NCBI GenBank assembly: GCA_951406725.2
Contig: OX597816.1
Coordinates: 97,402,001 to 97,466,000 of the forward strand
DNA: 64,000 nt
Direction: 5' to 3'
Source: Octopus vulgaris
Taxonomy: Eukaryota
Shown: piece by piece, positions 28,651 to 42,689 of the stretch
Layout: the number at the start of each line of letters is the position of its first letter
Numbering within the stretch: position 1 is the stretch's first letter
Translations under genes and position numbers: made by a program
The notes under the pieces: model-generated
What the model was told of the DNA's origin: nothing
The model's input: the letters and a program-made list of their open reading frames with translations, nothing else
The model's database searches: none

Positions 28651-30074
28651 TCCATATTTCTCTCTTTCCTCAGTAATCATCACTAGGGATTCGCCAGTGT
28701 CAACCGGTTCACAGGAGATCTGATTTGTTATGTTACTCATGAGTGGGCTCTCGCTTTGAAGAAGTTCACCGAAAGCAATCTTCTTGATCAGCAAATCTTT
28801 CAACTGTGTCTAGCTTGCAAATATCGTATGTGTACTTCACACCTATCCATTCATCACTTATCTTTCCGATTAGAAGGTTTCTATCAGACTGCACTGTCAG
28901 ACTGTACTTTCTCTCTCACCATCAATCAACTTCACTGCTCTCTTAAGCTAGATTCTCTCCTTCTGTGTTTCTCCTCTATACAACAATAACCTACTTGCCA
29001 TAATTTCCAGCAGCACCCAAACTCATTTTGATAACAAGAACATTTATTTCTTCATAACCATACATTATTCATACGCAACCTATACACCACACTCTAAATC
29101 ATAACTTACTCCGTAAACGGAAACCGTGAGAGCCAGCTGCATTTGAGCCATATCATCTTGTCTCTTTGAACAGCGAGAACTGGAAATTTGCTCATATCAA
29201 GAAAACAATACTTCATCACCCTCTTCTAAATATGAATAGCACCCGGCTAAAACCCTCACCATCGCTTCAAAAGATGGCATTTTTTTATCACTGACTAAAT
29301 GTATCCATAGCTGAGTTTGCATTGCATCGCAGACACCAGCGATTTCAGTTACAAATAATTACTGGCATTATACAGGGCTCCAGTGAGTCTCACAATGAAA
29401 TAATGATCATTTATCTGGTACGGTGCTGCAGCTATTGTAATCCTGGAGCACATAGAAAAATAGAAACAGGAGCTTCTTAACTAATTGGCACACTATTAGG
29501 GCAGGGCACATTCCAGCATTTCGCCCATAGGCCTGTTGTCTTTTCGCTGTTTCTTCAATATTTAACTCTATATCTACAATATTTAACTCTATATCTCTGA
29601 TCCGAACCGTTCATCTTCTCGGTAACCCTAATGCGTCCAACCCTCTTTCCTCTTACTATCACTTTGCTCAATTCTCATCCTCACGAAAACAGTCACTCTG
29701 GAATCTCCTACTCTTTTATTTCTTTACTGCAATTATTCACTTGCAGCAGTTTACATAATACGCACACACACGCACACAGACACACATACATAGAACCCCC
29801 CCCCCACACATGACTGTATGAATGTATGTCTCTCTCTTTCGTGGATGTATACGAACAACGTTGAAGAGACAGGAAGATATCTTGACAAAATAACACTCTC
29901 TCGAGACAATTGTTTAGCATCGAGTTAGATACGACAGTGGTATCTTACCAATATAGCGAACCGTTAAGTCCTCTAACGAATAATGCCCTCCTTCAAAAAT
30001 TACCGCATAAAACACAAGATAAAAAAGTAAAACCATTAATGATAATGATATACTATAACATATATTTATTATTT

Positions 30075-30450
30075 TTTATCTATTACATGCTTCAGTCTTT
30101 GGACTGCGGGTATGGTGGTGTTGGTACAACCTTTTCAACGATTTAGTCGAATAAATCGACCCGAATACTTAGTTTTTAAACGTAGTACGCATTCTTGTCT
30201 CAATCTACTGCCGAAACGCTAAGTTACGAGTATCTAAGCAAAGCAACACCAACTGTGGACTAATGGTGCGAGACGGACACCCACCCACACACACATCTAT
30301 ACGACGGTCTTCTTTAAGTCCTGTTTACCAAATCCACTCACAAGGATTTAGTCAGCCCGTGGTTAGTAAAAGACTCTTACTTAATGTTCCGTGCAGTAGA
30401 ACTGAACCCAAGACCGCACGGTGTTGAAAGCAATTTTCTAAGCCACACTT
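30075..30450 (-). mobile_element. Decayed SINE family A copy
   Basis: accaaatccactcacaagg, gaactgaaccc and cagtctttggactgcgg match 2012-2460 in reverse. Confidence 0.7.
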
Positions 30451-33205
30451 CCACTCCTATAACTGTAAGGAGAAAAATATTATGCGATATAAAGCTTTTG
30501 GCTGCTCCCTCAGTTGATGGAAAACCTATTTGTCTTTACACACGTGAAGGTACATTAACATTCACTAGTTCATCTTTCAGTTACAACGTCAAATTTTACA
30601 TCCCCAGACACTCTTTATCATAACTGTCGTGTAACAAATATTTATATTGATTATACGAATTGTAGGTCGCGACATTAGAAGTAAGTATGTAAACGGCCCT
30701 CTCACTAAGTGTCTAAGAATATAAATGGCCCTATCTCTATGTATGTAAGTATTCACTACGTTTTGCTATGAAAAATTATTTCTAAAACTAGCGATCTGTT
30801 TAATAACTGTATCTACGTTATCAGAGAAATCAAATTAATCAGATATTACTAAACTCCATTTAATGCTGTATATGTTTGTCCTAATGTTGAAATTTAATGT
30901 TTCCTAGCAACGTTACTGTTACTTTAATTTTGGAGAAATAAGCCCCTTTCATTCTTTATTAATGGATAGCTCTCATCTATCCTTATGGTCGCTTTCTCTC
31001 ACTAGGCATTTCTTTCACCGGCTCTCTTTCGCTGTTTACGTTTTCTCCTACCTCATCATTCTCCTCCACAACTCTTCTCTTCGTCGTCCTTCACATCCAC
31101 CTCTTTCTTCTCCTTCAACTCCTACGCATCATTCCAATCCATGTCTGTCTCTTTCATGAATTTTTCTTTATTTTCCTCCTCCGCCCCCTCCTCCTTTTCA
31201 CCGACACCATCTTAAATTAAATTTGATTTAAAAAATACTAACAACAACAACAACAAACAAGCAACCAAGTTTCTATGAAACTGACCGAAATACTGGTGAT
31301 TGTTAGGAAGGCGTGGTTAGTAACATGTGGAAGAAACTCTGATGCCGTCTGGCTGTTTATTAAAAGCATTTAATGCGGTTCGTCCTGCAATCATGTGACG
31401 GTAATTAATAATTCAATTAATTCTTCAAATGAAATTTAAACTAATTAGCCGATTATGAAATAGAAAAGGGCAGTTTGTTGTTGGAAATATTGCTGCCAAA
31501 AAACGTAATAATCTAATGGTTATCTCTTGGACTCCAACCAATAAATATTTCCTTATCTGTTCTGTCGACATTACGATAACTATTGGGTTTAAATTTTTAA
31601 CGAAAAACTTTATTGAAAAGTCTCAGAGGATTATGCAGATATGGCAACTGACGTTTTGTCTCTTCAAATATTTTCTCATTTTATATAATGAGAATAGAAA
31701 TAGAATCATCCATCCATCCATCCATCCATCCATCCATCCATCCATCCATCCTCTCGTACACAAGTACACATATGTATACACACACAAATACATATATGTG
31801 TGTTTTGTATGTATGTATGCATGCATGCATGTATGCATGTATGTATGTATGTGTGTATGTATGTATGTATGTATGTATGTATGTATGTATGTGTGTTCTG
31901 TTGATATATATATATATATAAATGTACATATATATATATGAGATGAAACATAATCGCAAGAGACTGATAGTGCTCTGCGTCGACAGCATTTGTTCAATTT
32001 ACAAAAGGCAATAAAAACAGTACAGTGAAATTGATGTCGGGAGCAATATTCAGTGTGTTGTACGCAGTTCTTCGTTAGGGTAATGTTGACAGGATAAACA
32101 AAAGAAGACTGAAGAGTTTTATGTCGTCTTTGTTTGAAAAGCAGGCTCCAACTGATAAAGAACTCAAAACAACTTGAGCTTTATACATAGATAGGAAGTA
32201 GAAGGAGATAGAAACTACGTGAGAAAAGGAAGACAGAAGCGAAAAGAAGAGGAGAGAAAACCAGGTAAATGCTAGTTAAAGGATAAAATTGAAGAGTACA
32301 GGTGGCGTGGGGTACGGAAGTATAAGAATATGATGACTGAAGTAACAGAAAATAACATATTTCCCAGTTTGTATATCAAATGTTGTTCCCTCCTTGAGTA
32401 TGCGGAAGCATAAACGGCGGCAGCCTGTTTCCCCCAATATATATAGCGAGGCAAAGCTTGTAGATGATGTAATACCTGAAGCTGGTTAATGTGCAAAAGA
32501 ATTATTGAATAATTTAGTGCAGTGAAATAGGACTGGTGATGGGTATTTTGTTATTATTGCGGGGAAAGGTATTTGGTCATCGGCTAACACGCTTAAAATT
32601 TATTGGCTTTGTGTGGCTGGCCGCTGTGACGCTTCTAGTGGTTACTAAGAGACATATTTCGGTTAACGGCGGCCAGAAGTGTTGCATGACAAATCGGAAC
32701 AGTTACAAGTTTAGAAAGTAGGACTTGGAAGTTGCAGATTAGTTTGTCTTCCACTGGAAGAATGGACGAGTGAAAGGTGAGACGTAGTGGAATCAGGTCT
32801 GTAGATATACAAAGAGTTCTTAAGAAACCAGTGGTATATTTGGGAAGTATGTCCACAACAGATTGAGGGTATCCCCCGTTGAGACAGAAACATTACATTC
32901 TTTGACATAAATATTCGAAATTCGAGCGAATGTTGCAGAGTCGGTGAAGCCGAAGGAACTGAGTGAACGGTGGAGTAGATTTAGTGGGTTTAGGGTAAGA
33001 AGAAGAACAGTAGAGACAGGTTTAGTATGCAGTCGGTTTGTAGTAAAGAGTAGTGGACTGGTAGATAGTGTTGCTAGCAATGGATATATTGAGAAATCAC
33101 GGCGATGTCGAATGCACTGAAGGTGAATTCCACGACGTGGCGAAAAGCGTTAACAAAAGAGATAAACTAACCAAATTAGAGTTTGATAGATATGGTGCTC
33201 AGATA

Positions 33206-33580
33206 TCTTTATATATAAAAGTCAAGTGGTGTGTCTGTCTCCTACGGTTTAGATTCCTAACTACTCCCACATTTTGCCGTGCAGTTTAACGAAAACCGGG
33301 TATCTTATAGTCGTGATTCATATCGAGCCCTTCTGGGTATTAGCGCGCGTCTACGATGAGTCTACGATTTTTTCCATTTTAATGCATTTTTTCGCTATTA
33401 TATAAGGGAAGTAACTCTCTAAAAATGTCTACGATGAGTCAACGATTTAAAAAAAAAATTACCATCATTTTCTTTCCATTTTTAATGCATTTCTTTGCTA
33501 TTTTGGGGCTATAAATCTCTAAAAATGCTTATATAGTTATTTCCCTTACAAACCCGAGCAACGCCGGGCGATACTGCTAA
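33206..33580 (+). mobile_element. Non-autonomous Helitron-like element sharing its 3' end with 14969-15352
   Basis: 5' A|TC, identical terminal ttatttcccttacaaacccgagcaacgccgggcgatactgct, ends CTAA|T. Confidence 0.8.
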
Positions 33581-35211
33581 TTGGGAATATAACGATTGTA
33601 AATTTCTGTGATGAGCTCATTGAATTGGACAAACATTTGCTCTTCAATGTAACCTACAAAGACGTTTGCATAATTGGAACCCATCATATCTCATATAGCG
33701 ACCCCGTTGACTTGTTTGGAGAATCCGTCTTAGCGGAGCATTGTGGTAGGCCTGGATACAAGTAGAAGTGGCTTATAGCAAGAGTTGAATGGTTTGATAA
33801 GTCATCGCTATGGGAAATGATTCTAAAGGGTGGTGTAATTTCTTTGCTGAAAAGGGCCTTAGATTTTCCAGGCATAAAAGGGAACGAACTGAGAAGTTTA
33901 AGTGCATGTTTAATGTCTTTAAAGTGTGAGGGTAAAACATCGATGTGGATATAATATTTTGTCAAGATAAGCAGAGAAGGTGGAAAGCCTCTAGAGAAAT
34001 CTGAAGGCTTCCATGAAAAATTAAAAGAAAGGTCTTCAACGAGTATATCCCGCCAGTGATAATTTACTATAGTGAAACATGGTCTCTCAACACTACCATC
34101 ATTAACGCCATCATCGTTGCCAAATATAACGGATCATGCTCGGTATCACATTGCGGAACAAGAAAGTAAACGCCTGAATATCAACACACGTGGATCAACA
34201 ACATAAGAACCACAAAGGATAACACATTGTTAAAGTGAAGTCAGAATCTGCGATAAGTGGAATATCTGAGGATTGTGAAAAGTAATTGAAGAGGTCGTGC
34301 TTTATAGAAATCGGCTAAAGTTAAACAAACTCTATAGATGTGAATACAAACACATATAAATAAATATAATTACCATAATTACAGCTGTACTGAATATATA
34401 GGCTAATATTGTACTACATGGAAAAATGCGAGCATGAAAAGTAATATTCTTAACGCTATAAACCTGTAAAAGTAGTGGACAAACTATTACTTGAAGCAAA
34501 GAATAAGAAACTTTTTTACTTAAAATATTGCAGCAAAGAATGTCAGTATTTCTAATTTATCACTCTTTACAGTTCTCATCTTTTAAATTTATTGTACAAA
34601 ACTGTTCAGCTAATTTGTAAGTTTGTCTAATTAGTCACTTTTTTCTGTATTTTAGATAGTAAATGAGCCAAATTCTACTTAAATAAGTATAGTGTTATTT
34701 GTAAACTCAAATAAAATAAGTTTTAATATTCAAATTTTAATTTAAGATGCAGACGAAATACAGTAAGCATTTCACGCGGCGCATTAACCAGCTCGCCGCC
34801 TTAGAAAGCAAACATTGATTTTAGAAATATATTATTTATTATTCTTATAACATATTCTTTATTATTCTTACTTACTGACAGGAAATTTACCTCATAACTT
34901 ATTCGCTATTATTCTTACTGACAGGAAATTTACCTCAACTTTATTTGTACTACGTTTTCTTCAATGTGACTAGTGATTCTGAATTCCTCATGCATTTTTC
35001 TATCATTTAAGCCTACGAAAGGTATAGTTTTAATTTAAAATTAAAACGTTTATGTTAATTGAAGGTGAATAGGTGCCTTACTTCCTCCCTTGAGGTCGCA
35101 GATATTTCGATGTAACATTTTTTCCTCCTGAACCAAATCTCAAACTATTATGCCAAAGTGTAGATGAGGAGGTATCCTCTTAAAACCTGTTAACAATTTG
35201 CAATACTGAGC

Positions 35212-35890
35212 GGTATCTCGTCTGCCGTCACGTTCAGAGTTCAAATTCCGCCGAGGTCGACTTTGCCTTGCATCCTTTCGGGGTCGATAAATTAAGTTCC
35301 AGGTACGCACTGGGGTCATTTTAATCGACTTAATCCGTGTGCCTGTCCTTGTTTGTCCCCTCTGTGTTTAGCCCCTTGTGAGTAGTAAAGAAATAGGTAT
35401 TTCGTCTGCCGCTACGTTCTGAGCTCAAATTCCGCCGAGGTCGACGTTGTCTTTCATCCTTTCGGGGTCGATTGAATAAATACCAGTTACGCACTGGGGT
35501 TGATATAATCGACTTAATCCGTTTATCTGTCCTTGTTTGTCCTGTCTGTGTTTATCTCTTTGTGGGTAGTAAAGAAATAGGTATTTCGTCTGTCTTTACG
35601 TACTGAGTTCAAATCCGCCGAGGTCGACTTTGCCATTTATCCATTAAGGGTTGATAAATTGAGTACCAGTTGCATACTGTAGTCGATTTAGTCGATTGCC
35701 CCCCCCCCCCAAAAAAAAGAACTTCGGGTTTGAGCCTAGAATAGAGAAAAAGCTTGCTTCCCAACCAGATGGTTCCGAGTTCAGTACAACTGAATAGCAC
35801 CTTGGGCAAGTGTCTTCTACTATAGCTTCGGGACGATCAAAACTTTGCCAGTGGATTTGGTAGATGGAAACTGAAAGAAATCGTCGTATA
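35212..35890 (+). mobile_element. Tandem trimer (184-bp period) of SINE family B joined to a family A head
   Basis: ggtatYtcgtctg..gagttcaaattccgccgaggtcgac units start at 35212, 35396 and 35580; then aagcttgcttcccaaccagatggttccgagttcag. Confidence 0.85.
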
Positions 35891-35917
35891 TGTATATATA
35901 CATATGTATATATATGT

Positions 35918-35918
35918 A

Positions 35919-35960
<42 letters not shown>

Positions 35961-35969
35961 CCTATCTAT

Positions 35970-36024
<55 letters not shown>

Positions 36025-36025
36025 C

Positions 36026-36060
<35 letters not shown>
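35918..36060. repeat. (TATC)n microsatellite
   Basis: Seen directly. Confidence 0.97.
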
Positions 36061-36852
36061 CAAAAGGGCGAAATATAATTAATTTAATAAAATCAATAAA
36101 TTTCACCTAGTAGTTTTATCGGTATGGAAAAGACCATATTTGGTAAGGATTATATTAATTATAATAAAGGGTTAATTGCAACAAGTTGCGCAAAACCACA
36201 TACCGAAAATATTAGAAATGGCAGCTAAACAGATCACCATTTCTCCTACTAGTAAAAAAGTCTCCACAAACAAACAGAATTTGCAACCCGTATATGGCAA
36301 AGAGAAAGAAAATAACGAAATCCCAGCCTATTGGATTAATTATAGACCAAATCGTACTAGATTAGAACCAAAAGATCATTTCCTTGTCAATATAATATTT
36401 CCTATAAATCTAGAAATGCTAGTAAAAATCTCACCCATTACACCAGCTTGATCAGGTGACATCGAACGATCTAACGGTCCGCCAGCATCTCTACATTTAT
36501 ATAGACTGGCGAATTCGTGTCTCCCTCCAAAATTACCACGTAAGTTACAAAAACATTACCAACGAAACGAAGTTTCGCAGATTTATTGTATGGGAGTAAT
36601 AGTATTCAGTATACAAAAAAGGTGAAATATAATTGATTTAATAAAATCAATAAATTTCACCTAGTAGTTTTATCGGTATGGAAAAGACTATATTTGGTAA
36701 GGATTATATTATTACGGGTTGCAAATTCTGTTTGTTTGTGGAGACTATTTTACTAGTAGGAGAAATGGTGATCTATTTGGCTGCCATTTCTAATATTTTC
36801 GGTATGTGTTTTTGAGCAACTTGTTGCAATTAACCCTTTATTATAATTAATA
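36059..36852. repeat. Direct repeat plus inverted repeat unit next to (TATC)n
   Basis: 36059-36157 repeated at 36612-36711; 36153-36292 inverted at 36713-36852. Confidence 0.92.
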
Positions 36853-37552
36853 ACCAGCGTAACTGGCTGCGTTTTCCACAGTCACTTGTATAATTAGTAT
36901 CTATCCCACAGAAACTCAGTGTGATACAATATGATAAGATTGAGTATTTTTACTCATTCATACAATGATACAATGTAAAGAGAAATATTGTACATAATCT
37001 ACACCAGCATTAGAGTAATACTTGTGCATTTTTTCTATTCGATCCCACAGAAATGAAACGAACAGCTCGCTCTTGCCGATATTGACTCAAAGCGCGAACA
37101 TCTGGAACTAAAATCACAAGTTACCCAATGTGCCAACTTTTTTCGTGAAACACCGTGTTTCGTATTAATAAAGTATTCGTGCTTCATTATAGTGTTTGTT
37201 CACTGTAATGCGTATAGTACTGAGAAGCGAAACTAACGTATTAGTTACAAAATACCAATCTCTTCAGGCTGTTTGTTTTTATTATTTTATTTCCCAATGC
37301 TATGACTTTATAACGTAGTTAAGTTTTAAAACATCCACGTGACTTTTCAGATTCCAATCTTAGAGGATTAAATATTTAGCCAAGAGCAAATCCCGAACTT
37401 GTGCAAACAACCGATTATCTCTTACATTTTGCATACACGTACAAACTTGTATATATATATCTACTGACATGTATAGTAGAAGGCACAATCATTTCAGCTG
37501 ATACATATACATGCATACATACATACATGCATATACATACATATATACATAC

Positions 37553-37637
<85 letters not shown>

Positions 37638-37850
37638 GCTACCCATTTATTTATAGATATTAGTGAAGTAGTTAGCAAAGCTAAAGGATCTACAGTAGAT
37701 ACTGTGGTCGTAATGTAGTTTTCTTCTATGTGCATGCATGTATGTATGTATTATGTACGTATGTATATAGCTGTGTGAGTATGTATGTACATGTCTGTTA
37801 ACGTATGCAAATTTGTATGTATGTGTTCAAGTAAATATATGCGCGTGTGA

Positions 37851-37912
<62 letters not shown>

Positions 37913-38699
37913 CTGTGTGTGTGTGTACATAGCTCGGTCAGTCAGATATTCTGCGTTGGTGAGCGGCCATTGGAACACCACTGAAAGAGAGGCCAACTCC
38001 ACTTTTACTAAACTATATCTCCATTGCAAGGTCACTCTGATATAAAACCAAATATACAGGAAATGACAGAGAATTTTGGGTATCTTAATGGGCTTGCGAT
38101 CAAGGCACTCTCAAACACACTCCAAAGACTGCGACCAATATTGGCACTTGATATAATCGACGTGCTTGATATTTTGACGCAGCTTGTTTGTGGTCCATGT
38201 CAAAAGAATGGAGAGGATCTATTAGTTGTGTTGAAACTAAAATCCTGCACAAATATTGCTGACATTTCGCATGAGAATTACTGCTTATCGTTTATCTTTA
38301 CACAAGCACACATGCATGCATACATACATACATGCATACATACATACATATATGCACACATACGAATATACATGTATGTAAAGCATTCCAGAATTTTAGC
38401 ATTTATCTATATACGCACATGTCTAGACTTGCAACTATATGACTGAGAATGTATATGTGATCCCGCACATGCACTGACTCCAAATATTGCAAATTTACAA
38501 ACAAACATGCGCAAAAAGCCTGTTGATATTGTTGAAATTCCAATGTTGAAATCCCCTATTGGCAAGAAATCTCGAAATAAACTGAATAGACAGACAGACA
38601 GACAAACACACGCTCACACAGAAATATACAGCTATTATATTATAAATACACATACGCATCTATGCATAGATACGAATAGACAATCTCAGTTCCTTCCGA

Positions 38700-39090
38700 C
38701 ATCATTTTAATCGCTATAGAATTTGTATGAGGGGAAAAATATTCCATAAAGATTGCGAAAATAACACTAGCATTAGATTTATAATTCTCCCAAATCTTGG
38801 TACCAGAGATATATGACTGCTACAACACTAAGAAATATTTAACAGCATTCCAAAACACATAAGAGATGGAGCAGACACCATAACATTTAAACGGTTACTG
38901 CACAAATTCTTCCAACAATTTACGGACAGACCACGTACACTCGGAATATCTCTGCAAAACAATAACTCTTTACTGGAATGGGCTAGTTACGTAATGCATA
39001 AGAGAAATATGAAAACCAAATGTCTTTCCCAGGTGGTATTTGAATGTTTCTCATGACTTGGAGCAATACTGGCCAAAGTCTAAGTATCTA
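38700..39090 (+). mobile_element. 3' end of a CR1/L2-group LINE
   Basis: IFNSIPKHIRD..TITFKRLLHKFFQQFTDRP...NNSLLEWA resembles the C-terminus of CR1-group ORF2. Confidence 0.6.
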
Positions 39091-41400
39091 ATTATATATG
39101 TATGTACGTAGGAATCTATAATTTTATGCTGAAAGCTTAGAAGCCAGCACCGTGTATCGGTTAAAGAAAATAGTCTTCTATTGGATCATAGAAGCCCCCC
39201 TCCCGCCTCAACTGAAAAACGTAGGTTTTTGCAAGAACGGGAATCGAGCCAGCATCTGTTTTACTCGCTGTAATTGTGCTAACCGATTTCACAAATGTAC
39301 CCACTCGCTTGCCTCCGTTAGATTTAAGAGCTATAATTTCATAGTATTGTTCTTTAAAGAAAGATATGCGTTTTCAGAGTTAAAAGGAGAAATGTTGACG
39401 AGTGTGATTTCTGTAAATGATAATAATTATTATAAGTTTAAAGCTTATAATAGATCACCAATTCCCCGTGTAATATAATTTTGGAAATAAAGCTGCAGAA
39501 ATCTGCAATCTAAAATACGAGTAACTAGAATAAATGTATTCTAATGAATATAACAGATAATTAGTCATTGATTAACTTTCTAACCACACTGAAGTTTATG
39601 CTTGGTAATAGAAGTGTGATTAGGCTGACGTTTATCCTGAAATTTATCTCGAGTTAACTATACTAGATACAATATTTAAAAGCTTACTATACCTATACAG
39701 AAATATTTTATCATTCCACATGACTCAACAGCGTACGCCATAATATAGACTTGGCATGAAAATGAATTTACATTAGATTTTTGAAATGTTTGTTATCATT
39801 GTTTGGATCCAGGGGATGCAAAAGTATGGCAAAATTATTTTAGATATATAACCTGGCTTTCTGTATATCTAGAACTACATTTCACTCTTAGGTTCTTATT
39901 TCTTTAAAGATACAAGTGTGTGGATTAAATGGGATTTGGCTGAAACCTCTTTCCAGATTGCGACTAAGTATAGACCCTTGTCTGTTGTTTTAATACATAT
40001 TACAAATAGTTACTCTTTCAGATGGTGGCCTTGTTGGCGGTGTCATTACTATTAAAGTTGCTGCTATGATACATGCTGTTACTCCTCTTTTGCACCTGCT
40101 TTTGGAAATGATAGTTGATGTTACAGCTGCTGCTGCAAAATTTGTAACTGCTGCAAAATTTTCAACTGCTGCCAAAATTCTTGTTGCTATTTGTGCTGCT
40201 GCTGTTGTCGAACAGTTACTGCCAATTCCTTACTGCTGACAAACTTCAATATTTAACTGAGTTACAAGGTTATAAATTTGCTGAGAATTGGCTTCTCTCC
40301 AGTACATTACTGCTATTATATTACATAGTGCCCAATGAGTTTATTACCAGAGACAATCTCAACTATATTACATACAGCAGAGTGCATAAATATTATGTTA
40401 ACTGAAACATGGGTCCCTGCAGGCAAAAAACAATAACACGAAAGCATTTACCTATAACATTCCTCGTGTAACGTATCTACAATCTAATGTAACGATCAAA
40501 TGTGAGGATTCATTCATTCGTAGCAGTTTTGATTCCAAGAAATAGTAGCGAAATATTCTATAAGCAAAAGTTTTATTTTGAATGAAATAGGAAGATAGGA
40601 ACGGCAACACATTCGCTAATATATCTCAATATGGCGAATCATCAAAATTTTATTGGTCGTCGAAATTTAATTAGAAGATGCGTCATACAATTATCTATTC
40701 AATTTTCATGGACAGAGAGCTTAAATATGTGACATTTTCAAGTTACAGACTCATATGCATACAATAAATACAAGCAACAGAAGCAACACAAGCAGTTATT
40801 AAGATTTTAGAGTTAATGATTAAATGTAGATTTTTATTTTATATTATGTCCATCGTGCAGGATATGGCAAGCCATAATACATGAAATTAAAGTATTTTAG
40901 CCAGTTGGTAGTTCGAAATATCTTAATAAATATGTATGGGAGTGTCTGCTGCAATGTATCAATTCTAATGTTTTATTCAAAAGGGTGGTAGCAGAATATA
41001 CTTTCCTGACAAGAACATTCTGCAGTAATTAATATAGGGTAGTCACTTGTTCTATAATTTCAGAAAAGCTATATGCAGATTTGATAAGATGTCTTTCTGA
41101 ACAAATGTATACACATGTTGCAAGGAGTTTTGTTTACAGGCATATTCAGTAATACTTCTCTTTTTATCTTTTAATTCTTACATGTTTCAGTTATCACACC
41201 CTCGTTCAGCTGGAGCACCGTGTGAAGCATTTAGAGCAAATAAGTTGATTCCGCTCTTTATCTTTTAGAGTGATCCTAATTCTATCTATCGAACCGGTAT
41301 GTTACAGGCATATGAACAAACTAACGGCACCTGCCAAGATGAGTCACAAACACATAGACGCACAGACACACAGAAACACACACACACACACACAGAAAGG

Positions 41401-41436
<36 letters not shown>

Positions 41437-41465
41437 TTGTATATATGCAGATATATGTACGTATG

Positions 41466-41527
<62 letters not shown>

Positions 41528-41689
41528 TATAAATGTGCATATTTAGGAAAACCACTAGGTGGATAACCGTACGCTAGAAGAAGATCACATGCGATCTAAC
41601 TACAAAGAAAAAATGTTCTCCAGAGAAAATTCAGCGAACTCCAGAACACAAGCGGGCAAGACATGAAAATTAAATAAAAATCAAGAATT

Positions 41690-41767
41690 AATCGTATACC
41701 GGTTTCGTCTGTTACCGAATAAATTACTTACGTAATCCTTTGTCGCGCAGAATTCGTCAGTACGATT
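41690..41767 (-). ncRNA. Minimal type-I hammerhead ribozyme motif
   Basis: Minus strand: aatcgta CTGACGA at tctg...caga c GAAA ccgg TA tacgatt; perfect 7-bp stem I, intact core, palindromic loop 3. Confidence 0.85.
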
Positions 41768-41779
41768 GTTCCAATTTCA

Positions 41780-42050
41780 ATATAATTTTCAAAACTAAAC
41801 ACTATTTGTCTATATAAAACTAGACATGTGCTTAGTTCTACCGATTATATTGGGGTTATTTTCAAATGTCTAAGTTCTAATAATCATGTTCTCTAATTGG
41901 CAACATTAACTGCAGTAAATTATCTGCTGCAGAACTATTTCCGGAATTTAGCGCGCCAGAACATTTGAAAATAACGCCAATATAATCGGTAGAACTAAGC
42001 ACATGTCTAGTTTTATATGGTCAAATAGTATTTAGTTTTGCAAATTATAT
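41780..42050. repeat. About 90-bp inverted repeat adjoining a hammerhead
   Basis: 41780-41869 is the reverse complement of 41961-42050 with a few mismatches. Confidence 0.9.
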
Positions 42051-42689
42051 ATATTCACTATAAGTGAATGTCGATTTTGACGTCGGTTTACGAATCTACC
42101 CTCGACGGTGCCAGATACACTCCAAAGTCGGTCATTCTGGTGCTTTACTGTCTGTTTGATGTAAAATGAACGCCAGGCTGAGCGGTGTGCCTTCCGCAAT
42201 CTATCGCAGGAAGAGGCGACTTCTCTCTAGTCTCATGCCCTTATAAACGGCAGATCATCTCGTAGGAGTGGGTCCTGAGATCCCCCTACAGCGCTCGGTA
42301 CATCGATGTTCGGCTTTTTTTTTTTGCTGTGGCAGCCAGTTTTTTAAAGGGATGACGAGGATTTCGCCGTATCTTTACTTTGTTACTTTCGATAAGCTGA
42401 AGGGTAGGCACACTTCTTTTTCGGCTATGTGCAGGTCAATGATCAGTGGAACTAGTCTCTTGAAATTTCTTGGCAATTTCCAGGCTGTTCGGTTAATTTT
42501 ACGCTTTGTTTAATATAGCTGTATTACATTCACCTCCTTTGTGGAGAGTTATGATTGCATTGGGTATTTTGTCTGTAGCCATTATGTAGTTCATATATCT
42601 GAATTCATTTACTCTAAAACAAAACAAGACAGAACAAGCTTGTATAATGATGTATAATTTTCATATCTTATATTTCTTTATAGTTATTA

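Noticed and set aside
32560-34030. Possible CR1/L2 LINE relic around the Helitron (PGLPQCS, IYRPD)
   Set aside because: Motifs are weak and in an inconsistent domain order
34843-34945. Short tandem duplications (also about 27625 and 29558)
   Set aside because: Ordinary slippage duplications
35212-35760. Regularly spaced repeats resembling a CRISPR array
   Set aside because: Whole 184-bp units are homologous (no unique spacers), they are SINE-derived, and there are no cas genes
36095-36130. CCGATAA...GAAA on the minus strand
   Set aside because: Two core mismatches and no stem I
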